Source: Alphaproteobacteria bacterium
GTDB lineage: Bacteria; Pseudomonadota; Alphaproteobacteria; Rickettsiales; UBA8987
Direction: 5' to 3'
DNA: 64,000 nt
NCBI GenBank assembly: GCA_031426355.1
Contig: JANPLD010000068.1
Span: 71,477 to 135,476, forward strand
Below the pieces are notes generated by a model. It saw only the letters and a program-made list of their open reading frames with translations, did no database searches and was not told the origin of the DNA. Each line of letters starts with the position of its first letter. Position 1 is the stretch's first letter. Positions 30,906 to 38,439 of this stretch are shown here, piece by piece. Both the position numbers and the translations under genes were made by a program.

Positions 30906-31466
30906 ATGAAAGTAATTTTATTAGAAAAACTCAAAAACCTCGGTGAAGTAGGCGAAGTTGTTGAAGTTAAATCAGGTTATGCGAGAAATTTCCTTGTTCC
31001 TAACAGGAAAGCTTCCATAGCTACAAAAGAAAATAAGGTTCAATTCGAATCTAAGAAAGCTGAACTTATAGCCCTTTCTAAAAAGAGAGAAGATGAAGCA
31101 AATAAAGTTGTTGAGAAAATCAGGAACCAGATCGCTTCTATCGTTAAGCAAGCAGGTGATGATGGCCGTTTATATGGCGCAGTAAGCTCTGCTGATATTG
31201 CTACTGAGATCAATAAAGTTACGGGCGCGCAAGTTGACAGAAAAACTATAGTTATCTCTACTGCGATCAAATTCGTTGGTTTATATCAGGTGTATGTTGA
31301 TCTTGGTGAAGGTGTTAACACTCAGATCTTTGTGAACGTAGCAAGAAGCGAAAGCGAAGCTGAAGAGCAAAAAAATAAATTCACTGCAGGAAAGATCAAA
31401 CTTGGCGCTGCTGAAGCTGAGTCTCCTCAACAAAAACAAAGAAAAGAAGAAGCAGAAGCTGCTTAA
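30906..31466 (+). CDS. rplI: 50S ribosomal protein L9 (with acidic C-terminal tail)
   Basis: MKVILLEKLKNLGEVGEVVEVKSGYARNFLVPNRKA is the L9 N-terminal domain. Confidence 0.95.
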   Translation: MKVILLEKLKNLGEVGEVVEVKSGYARNFLVPNRKASIATKENKVQFESKKAELIALSKKREDEANKVVEKIRNQIASIVKQAGDDGRLYGAVSSADIATEINKVTGAQVDRKTIVISTAIKFVGLYQVYVDLGEGVNTQIFVNVARSESEAEEQKNKFTAGKIKLGAAEAESPQQKQRKEEAEAA

Positions 31467-31493
31467 GTTCTTTGTCTTTTATACAAATTTAAA

Positions 31494-31528
31494 CCCCACC
31501 CAATTATTATGATCTGGTGGGGTTTTTT
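31494..31528 (+). terminator. Intrinsic terminator after rplI
   Basis: CCCCACC (31494..31500) pairs with GGTGGGG (31516..31522), followed by T6 (31523..31528). Confidence 0.8.
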
Positions 31529-31594
31529 ATTGGATAAATATCTATGGTAAAAATCCTCATGAATTGTTAATATCTATATTCAAATTCTTTTCAC

Positions 31595-33124
31595 ATGGAA
31601 ACTAAAAAAAAATTAGCCGCAGTAGAAAACAAAGCGGAAACTGCAAACGAGCAGGTAAAGGAACTCCCTCACAATTTTGATGCGGAGCAGTCTTTGCTTG
31701 GCGCTCTCCTCAATAATAATGAATATCTTAACAGGGTTGGGGATTTTTTAATGCCGGAGCATTTCTATGAGCCGCTTCACCAGAAAATATACCAGTCGAT
31801 AAATACTTTTTACGACAAAGGTATAATCGCGAATGCAATAACTCTCAAGAACCAGTTCCAGAATAATGAGGCAATGGAAATCCTTGGCGGACAGAATTAC
31901 CTTCTCCAGCTTAGCTCTAAAGGTATGACCATTATAAGCATCCGGGAATTTGCGACGCTGATCTACAATCTTTATATCAGCCGCCAGCTGATTGATGTTG
32001 CCAATGAAATGCTGGAGCAATCATATAATACTTCCGGCACAGAAACTGCAACTGCGCAGATAGAACAACCTGAAAGTAAATTATTTAATCTTGCTTCCAC
32101 AGGATTCAGTGAGAAAGGTTTTATACACGCTAAACATGCACTTGTGAATGTTGTGAAAATGGCAGACCTTGCTTCACATCATCAGGATAATTTTAATGGC
32201 GTTACTACGGGATTCAAATTCCTCAATAACCTCATTGGGGGATTCAGTAATTCCGATCTTATAATTCTTGCTGCCCGTCCTTCCATGGGTAAAACTGCAC
32301 TCGCTCTTAATTTTGCCATGAACGCGGTTAAGCATGTGAAGAATAAATATGATGAGGATCTTGAGAAATATAAGAATGACCCGAAGGATAAAGAAGCTCC
32401 GGTAATGGGTTCAGTTGCGGTTATTTCCTTAGAGATGTCATCTGAGCAATTATCGACGCGTCTTATTTCCATGAAAACGGGTATAAACGCTGCAAATATC
32501 AGGCTTGGAAGGCTTAACAAACATGGTCCTAATGATGAGCTGGCAAAACTGGTTGATGCCTCTGTGGAACTCCAGCAATTGCCGCTGTTCCTTGATGATA
32601 CGCCTGCCCTAACCATTTCCGCGATAAGAACAAGAGCAAGAAGATTAAAGCGCAAGCATAATATGCAGTTCCTGATCGTCGATTATTTACAGCTTATTTA
32701 CGGCGTAAGTAAAAAGTCAGAGGCAAGCAGGGTACAAGAGATATCGGAGATATCAATGGGACTTAAAACGATTGCGAAAGAGCTTAATATTCCTGTTATG
32801 GCACTCTCTCAACTTTCAAGAAAAGTGGAAGACCGCCCTGATAAAAAACCACAGCTTGCTGACTTAAGGGAATCAGGCTCAATAGAGCAGGATGCTGACG
32901 TTGTGATGTTCATTTACCGTGAAGCCTATTATGAGGAACGTAAAAAACCTTCTGAAGAAAGCAGCGGAGATTTTACCGCATGGCGTGAGAAGATGGAGAA
33001 GATCGATAACGTATCAGAGATAATAATCGCCAAGAACCGTAACGGCCCCATCGGTAACGTAACACTTCACTTCAATAAGAACACCACCGAATTCACTGAC
33101 CCTGCACCTGAGTATGAGAGCTAG
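31595..33124 (+). CDS. dnaB: Replicative DNA helicase DnaB
   Basis: LPHNFDAEQSLLGALL (N-terminal domain), ARPSMGKTALALNFA (Walker A), LIVDYLQL (Walker B) and IAKNRNGP. Confidence 0.96.
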   Translation: METKKKLAAVENKAETANEQVKELPHNFDAEQSLLGALLNNNEYLNRVGDFLMPEHFYEPLHQKIYQSINTFYDKGIIANAITLKNQFQNNEAMEILGGQNYLLQLSSKGMTIISIREFATLIYNLYISRQLIDVANEMLEQSYNTSGTETATAQIEQPESKLFNLASTGFSEKGFIHAKHALVNVVKMADLASHHQDNFNGVTTGFKFLNNLIGGFSNSDLIILAARPSMGKTALALNFAMNAVKHVKNKYDEDLEKYKNDPKDKEAPVMGSVAVISLEMSSEQLSTRLISMKTGINAANIRLGRLNKHGPNDELAKLVDASVELQQLPLFLDDTPALTISAIRTRARRLKRKHNMQFLIVDYLQLIYGVSKKSEASRVQEISEISMGLKTIAKELNIPVMALSQLSRKVEDRPDKKPQLADLRESGSIEQDADVVMFIYREAYYEERKKPSEESSGDFTAWREKMEKIDNVSEIIIAKNRNGPIGNVTLHFNKNTTEFTDPAPEYES

Positions 33125-33129
33125 TTAAT

Positions 33130-33188
33130 AGTTTGAAGATTGAAGTTTGAAGAATTTTCTTCCAACTTCCAACTTTAAACTTCCAACT
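33130..33188 (+). repeat. Intercistronic repeat/hairpin element B (TTGAAG / CTTCCAA repeats) between dnaB and the epimerase gene
   Basis: AGTTTGAAGATTGAAGTTTGAAGAA-TTTT-CTTCCAACTTCCAACTTTAAACTTCCAACT. GAAGTTTGAAG (33142..33152) pairs 10/11 with CTTCCAACTTC (33159..33169), with a further imperfect extension. The architecture (TAG stop, tandem-repeat arm, TTTTCT, inverted tandem-repeat arm, ATG) matches elements A and C. Confidence 0.55.
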
Positions 33189-33191
33189 ATA

Positions 33192-34157
33192 ATGAAATAT
33201 ATCATCACAGGCGCGGCGGGATTCATAGGTTTTCACCTTGCGAAAAAACTTCTATCTGAGGGTAATGAGGTAGTTGGTATTGATAATCTTAATGATTATT
33301 ATTCAGTAAAATTAAAAGAAGACAGACTTAAAATTCTCGAAAATAAAAATTTTACTTTCTACAAAGCCGATATTTCTGATTCCAAAGCTATAGATGATAT
33401 ATTTAAAAAACATTCTGATGCAAATTACCTTATTCACTTAGCAGCGCAAGCAGGTGTGAGGTATAGCTTAGAAAACCCAATCGCTTATGCTAACAGCAAT
33501 ATGCTTGGGCAGGTGGTAATTTTTGATGCTGCATTCAGGAATCTGAAAAACATACCTCAGATAGTTTATGCTTCATCAAGTTCAGTTTACGGGCATCAGG
33601 AAAAAACACCATTCAGTGAGCAGGACAGAGTTGATAAACCAGTTTCACTTTACGCGGCAACTAAAAAATCATGTGAGTTAATTGCAGAAAGTTTCGCGGC
33701 AACCCATAATCTGAATTCTACAGGCTTGCGCTTCTTTACTGTTTACGGAGAATATGGACGCCCTGACATGGCTTATTTCAGCTTCAGCGATAATATACTT
33801 TCGGGTAAGCCGATAAAATTATTCAATGACGGTAACCTCCGCCGGGATTTTACTTATGTTGATGATATTATTTCCGGGATAATTTCTGTTACTCACAGAA
33901 CAAAAAAATCTAAACATGAAGTGTTCAATCTTGGAAATAACAAGCCGGTGGAGCTTAAATATTTTGTAGAAGTTCTCGAAAATGCCTTAGGCAAAAAAGC
34001 AGTTATTGAATATCTGCCGATGCAAAAAGGTGATGTTTACCAAACCTATGCGGATATCTCGCTTGCTGAAAAAGAATTCGGATTCAAACCGAAAACTTCG
34101 ATTGAAGAAGGGCTCGGGAAATTCGTGAAATGGTATAAAGAGTATTTTAAGCGTTAA
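33192..34157 (+). CDS. NAD-dependent sugar-nucleotide epimerase (UDP-glucuronate 4-epimerase-like)
   Basis: MKYIITGAAGFIGFHL (Rossmann GxxGxxG), NLNDYYSVKLKEDRL, and the YAATK catalytic YxxxK. ATG 33192 is preferred over the track's TTG at 33147, which lies inside the hairpin element. Confidence 0.88.
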   Translation: MKYIITGAAGFIGFHLAKKLLSEGNEVVGIDNLNDYYSVKLKEDRLKILENKNFTFYKADISDSKAIDDIFKKHSDANYLIHLAAQAGVRYSLENPIAYANSNMLGQVVIFDAAFRNLKNIPQIVYASSSSVYGHQEKTPFSEQDRVDKPVSLYAATKKSCELIAESFAATHNLNSTGLRFFTVYGEYGRPDMAYFSFSDNILSGKPIKLFNDGNLRRDFTYVDDIISGIISVTHRTKKSKHEVFNLGNNKPVELKYFVEVLENALGKKAVIEYLPMQKGDVYQTYADISLAEKEFGFKPKTSIEEGLGKFVKWYKEYFKR

Positions 34158-35286
34158 GGGTTTTAGCTCTTACTGCTAATTTTAAAATTACTGCTCCCCA
34201 GAGACCGGAAAGAACTGAACCGGCGATAACGCCAATTTTTACTTCTTCCTGCAAGGTTGAGCTTGTAAACGCAAGCATGCCTATAAATAAACTCATAGTG
34301 AAACCAACGCCTGCTATTACCGCAACACCATAAATATCTAACCAGCTGGTGCTAGCTGGTTTTGGAGCTATTTTCAGTTTTACCGCTGCTAACGTAAATA
34401 GTAATATTCCGATTTGCTTTCCGAAAAATAAACCAAGTGTAATTCCAATAGTTAAAGGGCTGAACATTTCATCCATTGTTAAACCACCGAAACTTACCCC
34501 GGCGCTTACCAATGCAAAAAGTGGCAATATAAAAAAAGCGACATAGGGATGGAATTTTTTTATTAGTGAATCAAGGGTTTTACCTGAGGGTACGAAAAAA
34601 CCTAATATCACTCCAGCGACAGTTGTATGTATTCCGGAATAATGAAAACTTCCCCATAATATTATGGCGAGTAAAATATGACCTGCGTTAAAAATTTTTT
34701 TCTTATGGAGGAAATATAAAACCCCGACAGTTAAACCTGCAATAAAAAATGGCAGTGGCTGCACACCGCTACTGTAAAAAAATGCGATGATTATTATAGC
34801 GGCGATATCATCATAGATCGCTATCGCAAGCAGAAATATTTTTGCTGACTGCGGAACTGATTTGCCAACTATAGTTAACACACATAATGCAAACGCTATA
34901 TCTGTTGCAGTTGGAATGGCCCAGCCACGGCTATTTTCAGGAGATACGTGGTTTATAATAAGAAATATAATTGCAGGCGTTATTATTCCACCAAAAGCAG
35001 CAATAAGCGGTAATATCTTCTGGCCTTTTTTTGATAAATGACCATCTACCATTTCTTTTTTTAGCTCCATACCAACCACAAAAAAGAAGATCACCATGAG
35101 GATATCTTTTACAAAATCCTGTAGCGAAAATTCAAACTGGCTGAATGAGATATGATAAGAAATTGCAGCTTTATAAAAATCAGATAGAGGAGAATTTGCG
35201 AGCAACATTGCTATTGCTGCAAATACTATCATTACAATTCCACCTGCTGATTCGGTCTGGATGAATTTTTTTAAAAATATTCTCAT
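34147..35286 (-). CDS. nhaA: Na+/H+ antiporter NhaA
   Basis: MRIFLKKFIQTESAGGIVMIVFAAIAMLLANSPL matches the NhaA N-terminus, and the AIYDDIAAIIIIAFFY motif is present. Start 35286 is preferred over the track's 35385, which would overlap rlmH. Confidence 0.9.
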   Translation of the reverse strand: MRIFLKKFIQTESAGGIVMIVFAAIAMLLANSPLSDFYKAAISYHISFSQFEFSLQDFVKDILMVIFFFVVGMELKKEMVDGHLSKKGQKILPLIAAFGGIITPAIIFLIINHVSPENSRGWAIPTATDIAFALCVLTIVGKSVPQSAKIFLLAIAIYDDIAAIIIIAFFYSSGVQPLPFFIAGLTVGVLYFLHKKKIFNAGHILLAIILWGSFHYSGIHTTVAGVILGFFVPSGKTLDSLIKKFHPYVAFFILPLFALVSAGVSFGGLTMDEMFSPLTIGITLGLFFGKQIGILLFTLAAVKLKIAPKPASTSWLDIYGVAVIAGVGFTMSLFIGMLAFTSSTLQEEVKIGVIAGSVLSGLWGAVILKLAVRAKTLNA

Positions 35287-35361
35287 TTGTATATTTCTGG
35301 TAAAACCTGTTTGTGCATTTATAGTGTTTATAGCATTCAATAAAATTAAACCAGCGAAGCT

Positions 35362-35787
35362 GTGAAAGTTAAAATCTATTATCATTCGTTAGATAAAAAA
35401 GAAGTGGTAAATGAACTGATAGAAGTTTACCTGAAACGCTGTCCATGGAAATTCGAGTTTGAGAATTATCAGGGGAAGAAATACCAGAACGCCATAATTG
35501 AGGAAGTTAAAGGCAAATATTTCACTATTGCACTGACTGAGAATGGTAAAGAATATACCAGTGAAGCATTCACAAAATATATGCAAGGGCTTTCAGCAAA
35601 TCATGGCAGCAGGATAGCATTTGTTTTGGGACCCGCAGAGGGCTTTGATAAAAATGACATCCTTAAGGCCAATGCAACACTTTCGCTAGGAAAAATGACA
35701 TATCCGCATAATTTGGCTCGGTTATTGCTTGTTGAACAAATGTACCGTAGCTGGACTATTTTAGAGAATAAGCCCTATCACAAATAG
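35362..35787 (+). CDS. rlmH: 23S rRNA (pseudouridine1915-N3)-methyltransferase RlmH
   Basis: 141 aa with a GTG start. IAFVLGPAEGF...LSLGKMTYPHNLARLLLVEQMYRSWTI is the SPOUT/RlmH C-terminal signature. Confidence 0.88.
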   Translation: MKVKIYYHSLDKKEVVNELIEVYLKRCPWKFEFENYQGKKYQNAIIEEVKGKYFTIALTENGKEYTSEAFTKYMQGLSANHGSRIAFVLGPAEGFDKNDILKANATLSLGKMTYPHNLARLLLVEQMYRSWTILENKPYHK

Positions 35788-35852
35788 GTTTTGATTGATA
35801 GCAGGCCAATGATAGAGAATAATCCAGCTAAGGTAAGGGCGTAATAGCCTGA

Positions 35853-35882
35853 TTAAGGCCAGGCTTAACAACCTGGCCTTAA
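35853..35882. other. Perfect 11-bp-stem GC-rich hairpin/palindrome upstream of flgB
   Basis: TTAAGGCCAGG (35853..35863), an 8-nt loop, then CCTGGCCTTAA (35872..35882). No U-tract on either strand. It lies 22 nt upstream of the flgB ATG. Confidence 0.5.
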
Positions 35883-35903
35883 GATATAATCCCAAGTCAT
35901 TTT

Positions 35904-36293
35904 ATGGACTTAAGTAAAATTACATCCTTTGCGCTTCTTGAAGAGAAGATGAAATATAATGCCGACAGGCAGCAGGTTATCGCTGAGAATTTCGCTAATG
36001 TGGATACGCCGGGATATAAGAGGAAAGATATTGAGAAGCCTGATTTTGCTAATATTTTTAATGAAAAGCTTTCAGCACTTACTCCGGCGCAGACAAATTC
36101 GAAGCATATTGGCGCGGTTGATGATGATTCGATAAATGGCAGAAAGGTCATAACTTCCGAAGATAAAGTTCAACTTGATATGGAAGCGTTGGAAATGATG
36201 CAGAACAGCACATCTTATTCAGAGGCTAACGCAACTTATAAAAAGATGCTTTCCCTTGTAAGGGTTGCAATAGAAGGAAGCGGAGCGAGATAA
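35904..36293 (+). CDS. flgB: Flagellar basal-body rod protein FlgB
   Basis: …RQQVIAENFANVDTPGYKRKDI… is the rod-protein N-terminal motif. First gene of a flgB-flgC-fliE cluster. Confidence 0.85.
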   Translation: MDLSKITSFALLEEKMKYNADRQQVIAENFANVDTPGYKRKDIEKPDFANIFNEKLSALTPAQTNSKHIGAVDDDSINGRKVITSEDKVQLDMEALEMMQNSTSYSEANATYKKMLSLVRVAIEGSGAR

Positions 36294-36763
36294 TGAAAGA
36301 ACTTGTTTACATATTTTTATTTATAATTTGCGTGCCTTCGGTTTCAGAGGCGGCGGGCGGTCTTAAAAAAGCCCTGACAAGTTCGGCCTCTGCAATGAAA
36401 GCGCAGTCTGAAAGGATACGTGTCATCACTGAGAATATCGCCAACTCTGATACAACAGGTCTTACTGAAACTGAGGAGCCTTATAGAAGGAAGACCGTAT
36501 ATTTTGAGAATGTCAAAGATGATGAGACCGGCGCAAATGTAGTAAAAGTAAAAAAGATTGCCCGAGATGATAGTGAGTTCAAACTTATTTACCGCCCTGA
36601 TCACCCTGCGGCTAACGCAGATGGGTATGTTCGCTTCCCAAATGTTGACAGGAACCTTGAAAACATTGATATTCGTGAAGCGCAAAGAAGTTACGAAGCT
36701 AATGTTACAGCAATTGAAGTAACTAAACAGATGATGGAAAGATCACTAGATTTAATGAGATAA
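36293..36763 (+). CDS. flgC: Flagellar basal-body rod protein FlgC (with unusual hydrophobic N-terminal extension)
   Basis: SASAMKAQSERIRVITENIANSDTTG and the C-terminal DGYVRFPNVDRNLENIDIREAQRSYEANVTAIEVTKQMMERSLDL are FlgC signatures. There is a 1-nt TAATG overlap with flgB. Confidence 0.88.
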   Translation: MKELVYIFLFIICVPSVSEAAGGLKKALTSSASAMKAQSERIRVITENIANSDTTGLTETEEPYRRKTVYFENVKDDETGANVVKVKKIARDDSEFKLIYRPDHPAANADGYVRFPNVDRNLENIDIREAQRSYEANVTAIEVTKQMMERSLDLMR

Positions 36764-37090
36764 ATGACAAAAAGAAAAGTTATGACCAGTTTAAATATGT
36801 TAGATGCAGTTTCTGCCTATAATAAAACTTCCTCTCTTGACGGGAAAGGTTTTGGCGTATCACAGGCACCTTCCAGCGATTTTACCTCTCTGGTGGAAAA
36901 AGCACTTAGTGATACTAAAGATAAGTTAGATATTGCGGAAACCTCAACAGCTGGCTCAGTAAAAGGTGATATCAGCCTTGAAGACCTTGCAATAGCAGTT
37001 GCCAATGCGGAAGTAAGCCTCAAGACCTTAGTTTCCATTCGTGATAAACTTGTCAGCGCATTGCAGGATATTCTAAGGATGCCTATTTAG
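36764..37090 (+). CDS. fliE: Flagellar hook-basal body complex protein FliE
   Basis: 108 aa. The C-terminal …AIAVANAEVSLKTLVSIRDKLVSALQDILRMPI matches the FliE C-terminus (…vRnK…AYqeImrMqv). Position after flgC. Confidence 0.8.
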   Translation: MTKRKVMTSLNMLDAVSAYNKTSSLDGKGFGVSQAPSSDFTSLVEKALSDTKDKLDIAETSTAGSVKGDISLEDLAIAVANAEVSLKTLVSIRDKLVSALQDILRMPI

Positions 37091-37127
37091 GTTGATGGTT
37101 GATAGTTCATAGTTTATTGAAAATATC

Positions 37128-38126
37128 ATGACTATCAGAAAATACAAAATCGGCACAAGGAAAAGTAAACTTGCACTCGCGCAGACTGAAGAAGTTATTG
37201 CGGAGATAAAAAAGTCGATCCCTGATTTTGTATATGAGATAGTTTCCATAAATACTAAAGGTGATCAGGTTCATCACAAGCCTTTGCGTGAATTATTTGA
37301 AGGTGGTAAAAGCGCTTTTACCAGTGAATTACAGCAGGCATTGAAAGAAAAGGAAATTGATATTGCTGTGCATTCCATGAAAGATGTTGCAGGTAATGTC
37401 AGAGAAGAAACCCTTACTTTTGGGGCGTTCCTTAAAAGAAGGTCAGCCAGCGATGTTTTTATCAGCCGGAATTTTATACAGAATATAGAATCATTACCGC
37501 AGGGTTTTATAGTTGGTACAGTTTCTCTCCGCCGCAAAGCAGCTTTGCTTAAACTGAATAATAAAGTGAAGGTAAGGAATCTGCGTGGAAGCATCCAGAC
37601 GAGAATTGCAAAACTTCGCCATGAATTTATTTGGGATGATCACCCACCCATTCTATATGACGGAATAGTAATGGCAGAGGCGGCACTTGAACGTAGTGAT
37701 AAAAACCTGACGAAAGATTTATACATCCTAAAAATATCCGAGAGCAAAATGGTTCCCGCGGCGTGCCAAGGAACTATAGGTGTTGAGTGCAGGAAAGATG
37801 ATCATGAAACTTACAGGTTATTAAGAAAAATAAACCACGTGGAAACAGAGGAAGTAAGTTTATCTGAAAGGGATTTTTTATATATGATCGGCGGAAATTG
37901 CCATACTTCAGTTGGCGTTTATTGTTATGAGAAAGATAAAGGTTTTGAAATGAGCGCAGAAATATCTGATGAAAAAGGTAAAATAATTCTTGATGAAATA
38001 TTGCAATGCGAAATGCCTGATATATCCAGCCTTCCAAAAAAACTTGCTGCTAAAATAATAGAAAAAGCTCAAGATAAGCTTGGTGAAAATTATAAAGAGA
38101 TATTAAATATAGAACCAAGAATATAA
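37128..38126 (+). CDS. hemC: Hydroxymethylbilane synthase (porphobilinogen deaminase)
   Basis: IGTRKSKLALAQTEEV...INTKGD...FTSELQQALKEKEIDIAVHSMKDV and the cofactor-binding region PAACQGTIGVE. Confidence 0.93.
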   Translation: MTIRKYKIGTRKSKLALAQTEEVIAEIKKSIPDFVYEIVSINTKGDQVHHKPLRELFEGGKSAFTSELQQALKEKEIDIAVHSMKDVAGNVREETLTFGAFLKRRSASDVFISRNFIQNIESLPQGFIVGTVSLRRKAALLKLNNKVKVRNLRGSIQTRIAKLRHEFIWDDHPPILYDGIVMAEAALERSDKNLTKDLYILKISESKMVPAACQGTIGVECRKDDHETYRLLRKINHVETEEVSLSERDFLYMIGGNCHTSVGVYCYEKDKGFEMSAEISDEKGKIILDEILQCEMPDISSLPKKLAAKIIEKAQDKLGENYKEILNIEPRI

Positions 38127-38153
38127 AACCGGACTGAGAACGGAAATAAAAAA

Positions 38154-38169
38154 GGAGCTAAAAAGCTCC
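38154..38169. terminator. Bidirectional intrinsic terminator between hemC (+) and rpmJ (-)
   Basis: GGAGCT-AAAA-AGCTCC. An A-run precedes it (a U-run for the minus-strand rpmJ transcript) and T-rich CTTTATAAAATCTTT follows it (for hemC). Confidence 0.65.
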
Positions 38170-38207
38170 CTTTATAAAATCTTTAAGAAATAAAATTACG
38201 GCCCGGA

Positions 38208-38333
38208 TTAACCTTGGCGAGCTTTCATTTTAGGGTTTTTCTTATTGATAACATAAATCCTGCCTTTTCTACGAACTACTCTGCAGTTCTTATCTCTTGC
38301 TTTAGCAGATTTGAGTGAGCTTACAACTTTCAT
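38208..38333 (-). CDS. rpmJ: 50S ribosomal protein L36
   Basis: Not in the ORF track (41 aa). The minus strand reads ATG AAA GTT GTA AGC TCA CTC AAA ..., giving [41 protein letters not shown]. This is the alphaproteobacterial-type L36 sequence. Confidence 0.9.
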   Translation of the reverse strand: MKVVSSLKSAKARDKNCRVVRRKGRIYVINKKNPKMKARQG

Positions 38334-38439
38334 AACCTTGAGTTTTATTAGTTTTGAAGGGGCTTTCTATACAAAACTATCACTGTAGTCAACCAAATAC
38401 CCTGCAAATTCACAATTATTTATATGTTTCAAAAGGTTA

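Noticed and set aside
35287-35385. N-terminal extensions proposed by the ORF track: nhaA from 35385, epimerase from TTG 33147, and the orphan from TTG 59795.
   Set aside because: The extensions overlap neighbouring genes or the hairpin element and add non-homologous residues. Internal ATGs at 35286, 33192 and 59573 coincide with the conserved N-termini (MRIFLKKFIQTESAGG; MKYIITGAAGFIG).
35853-35882. TTAA tetramers in the flgB-upstream palindrome considered as a CtrA box.
   Set aside because: The spacings are 8 and 10 nt, not the required 7.
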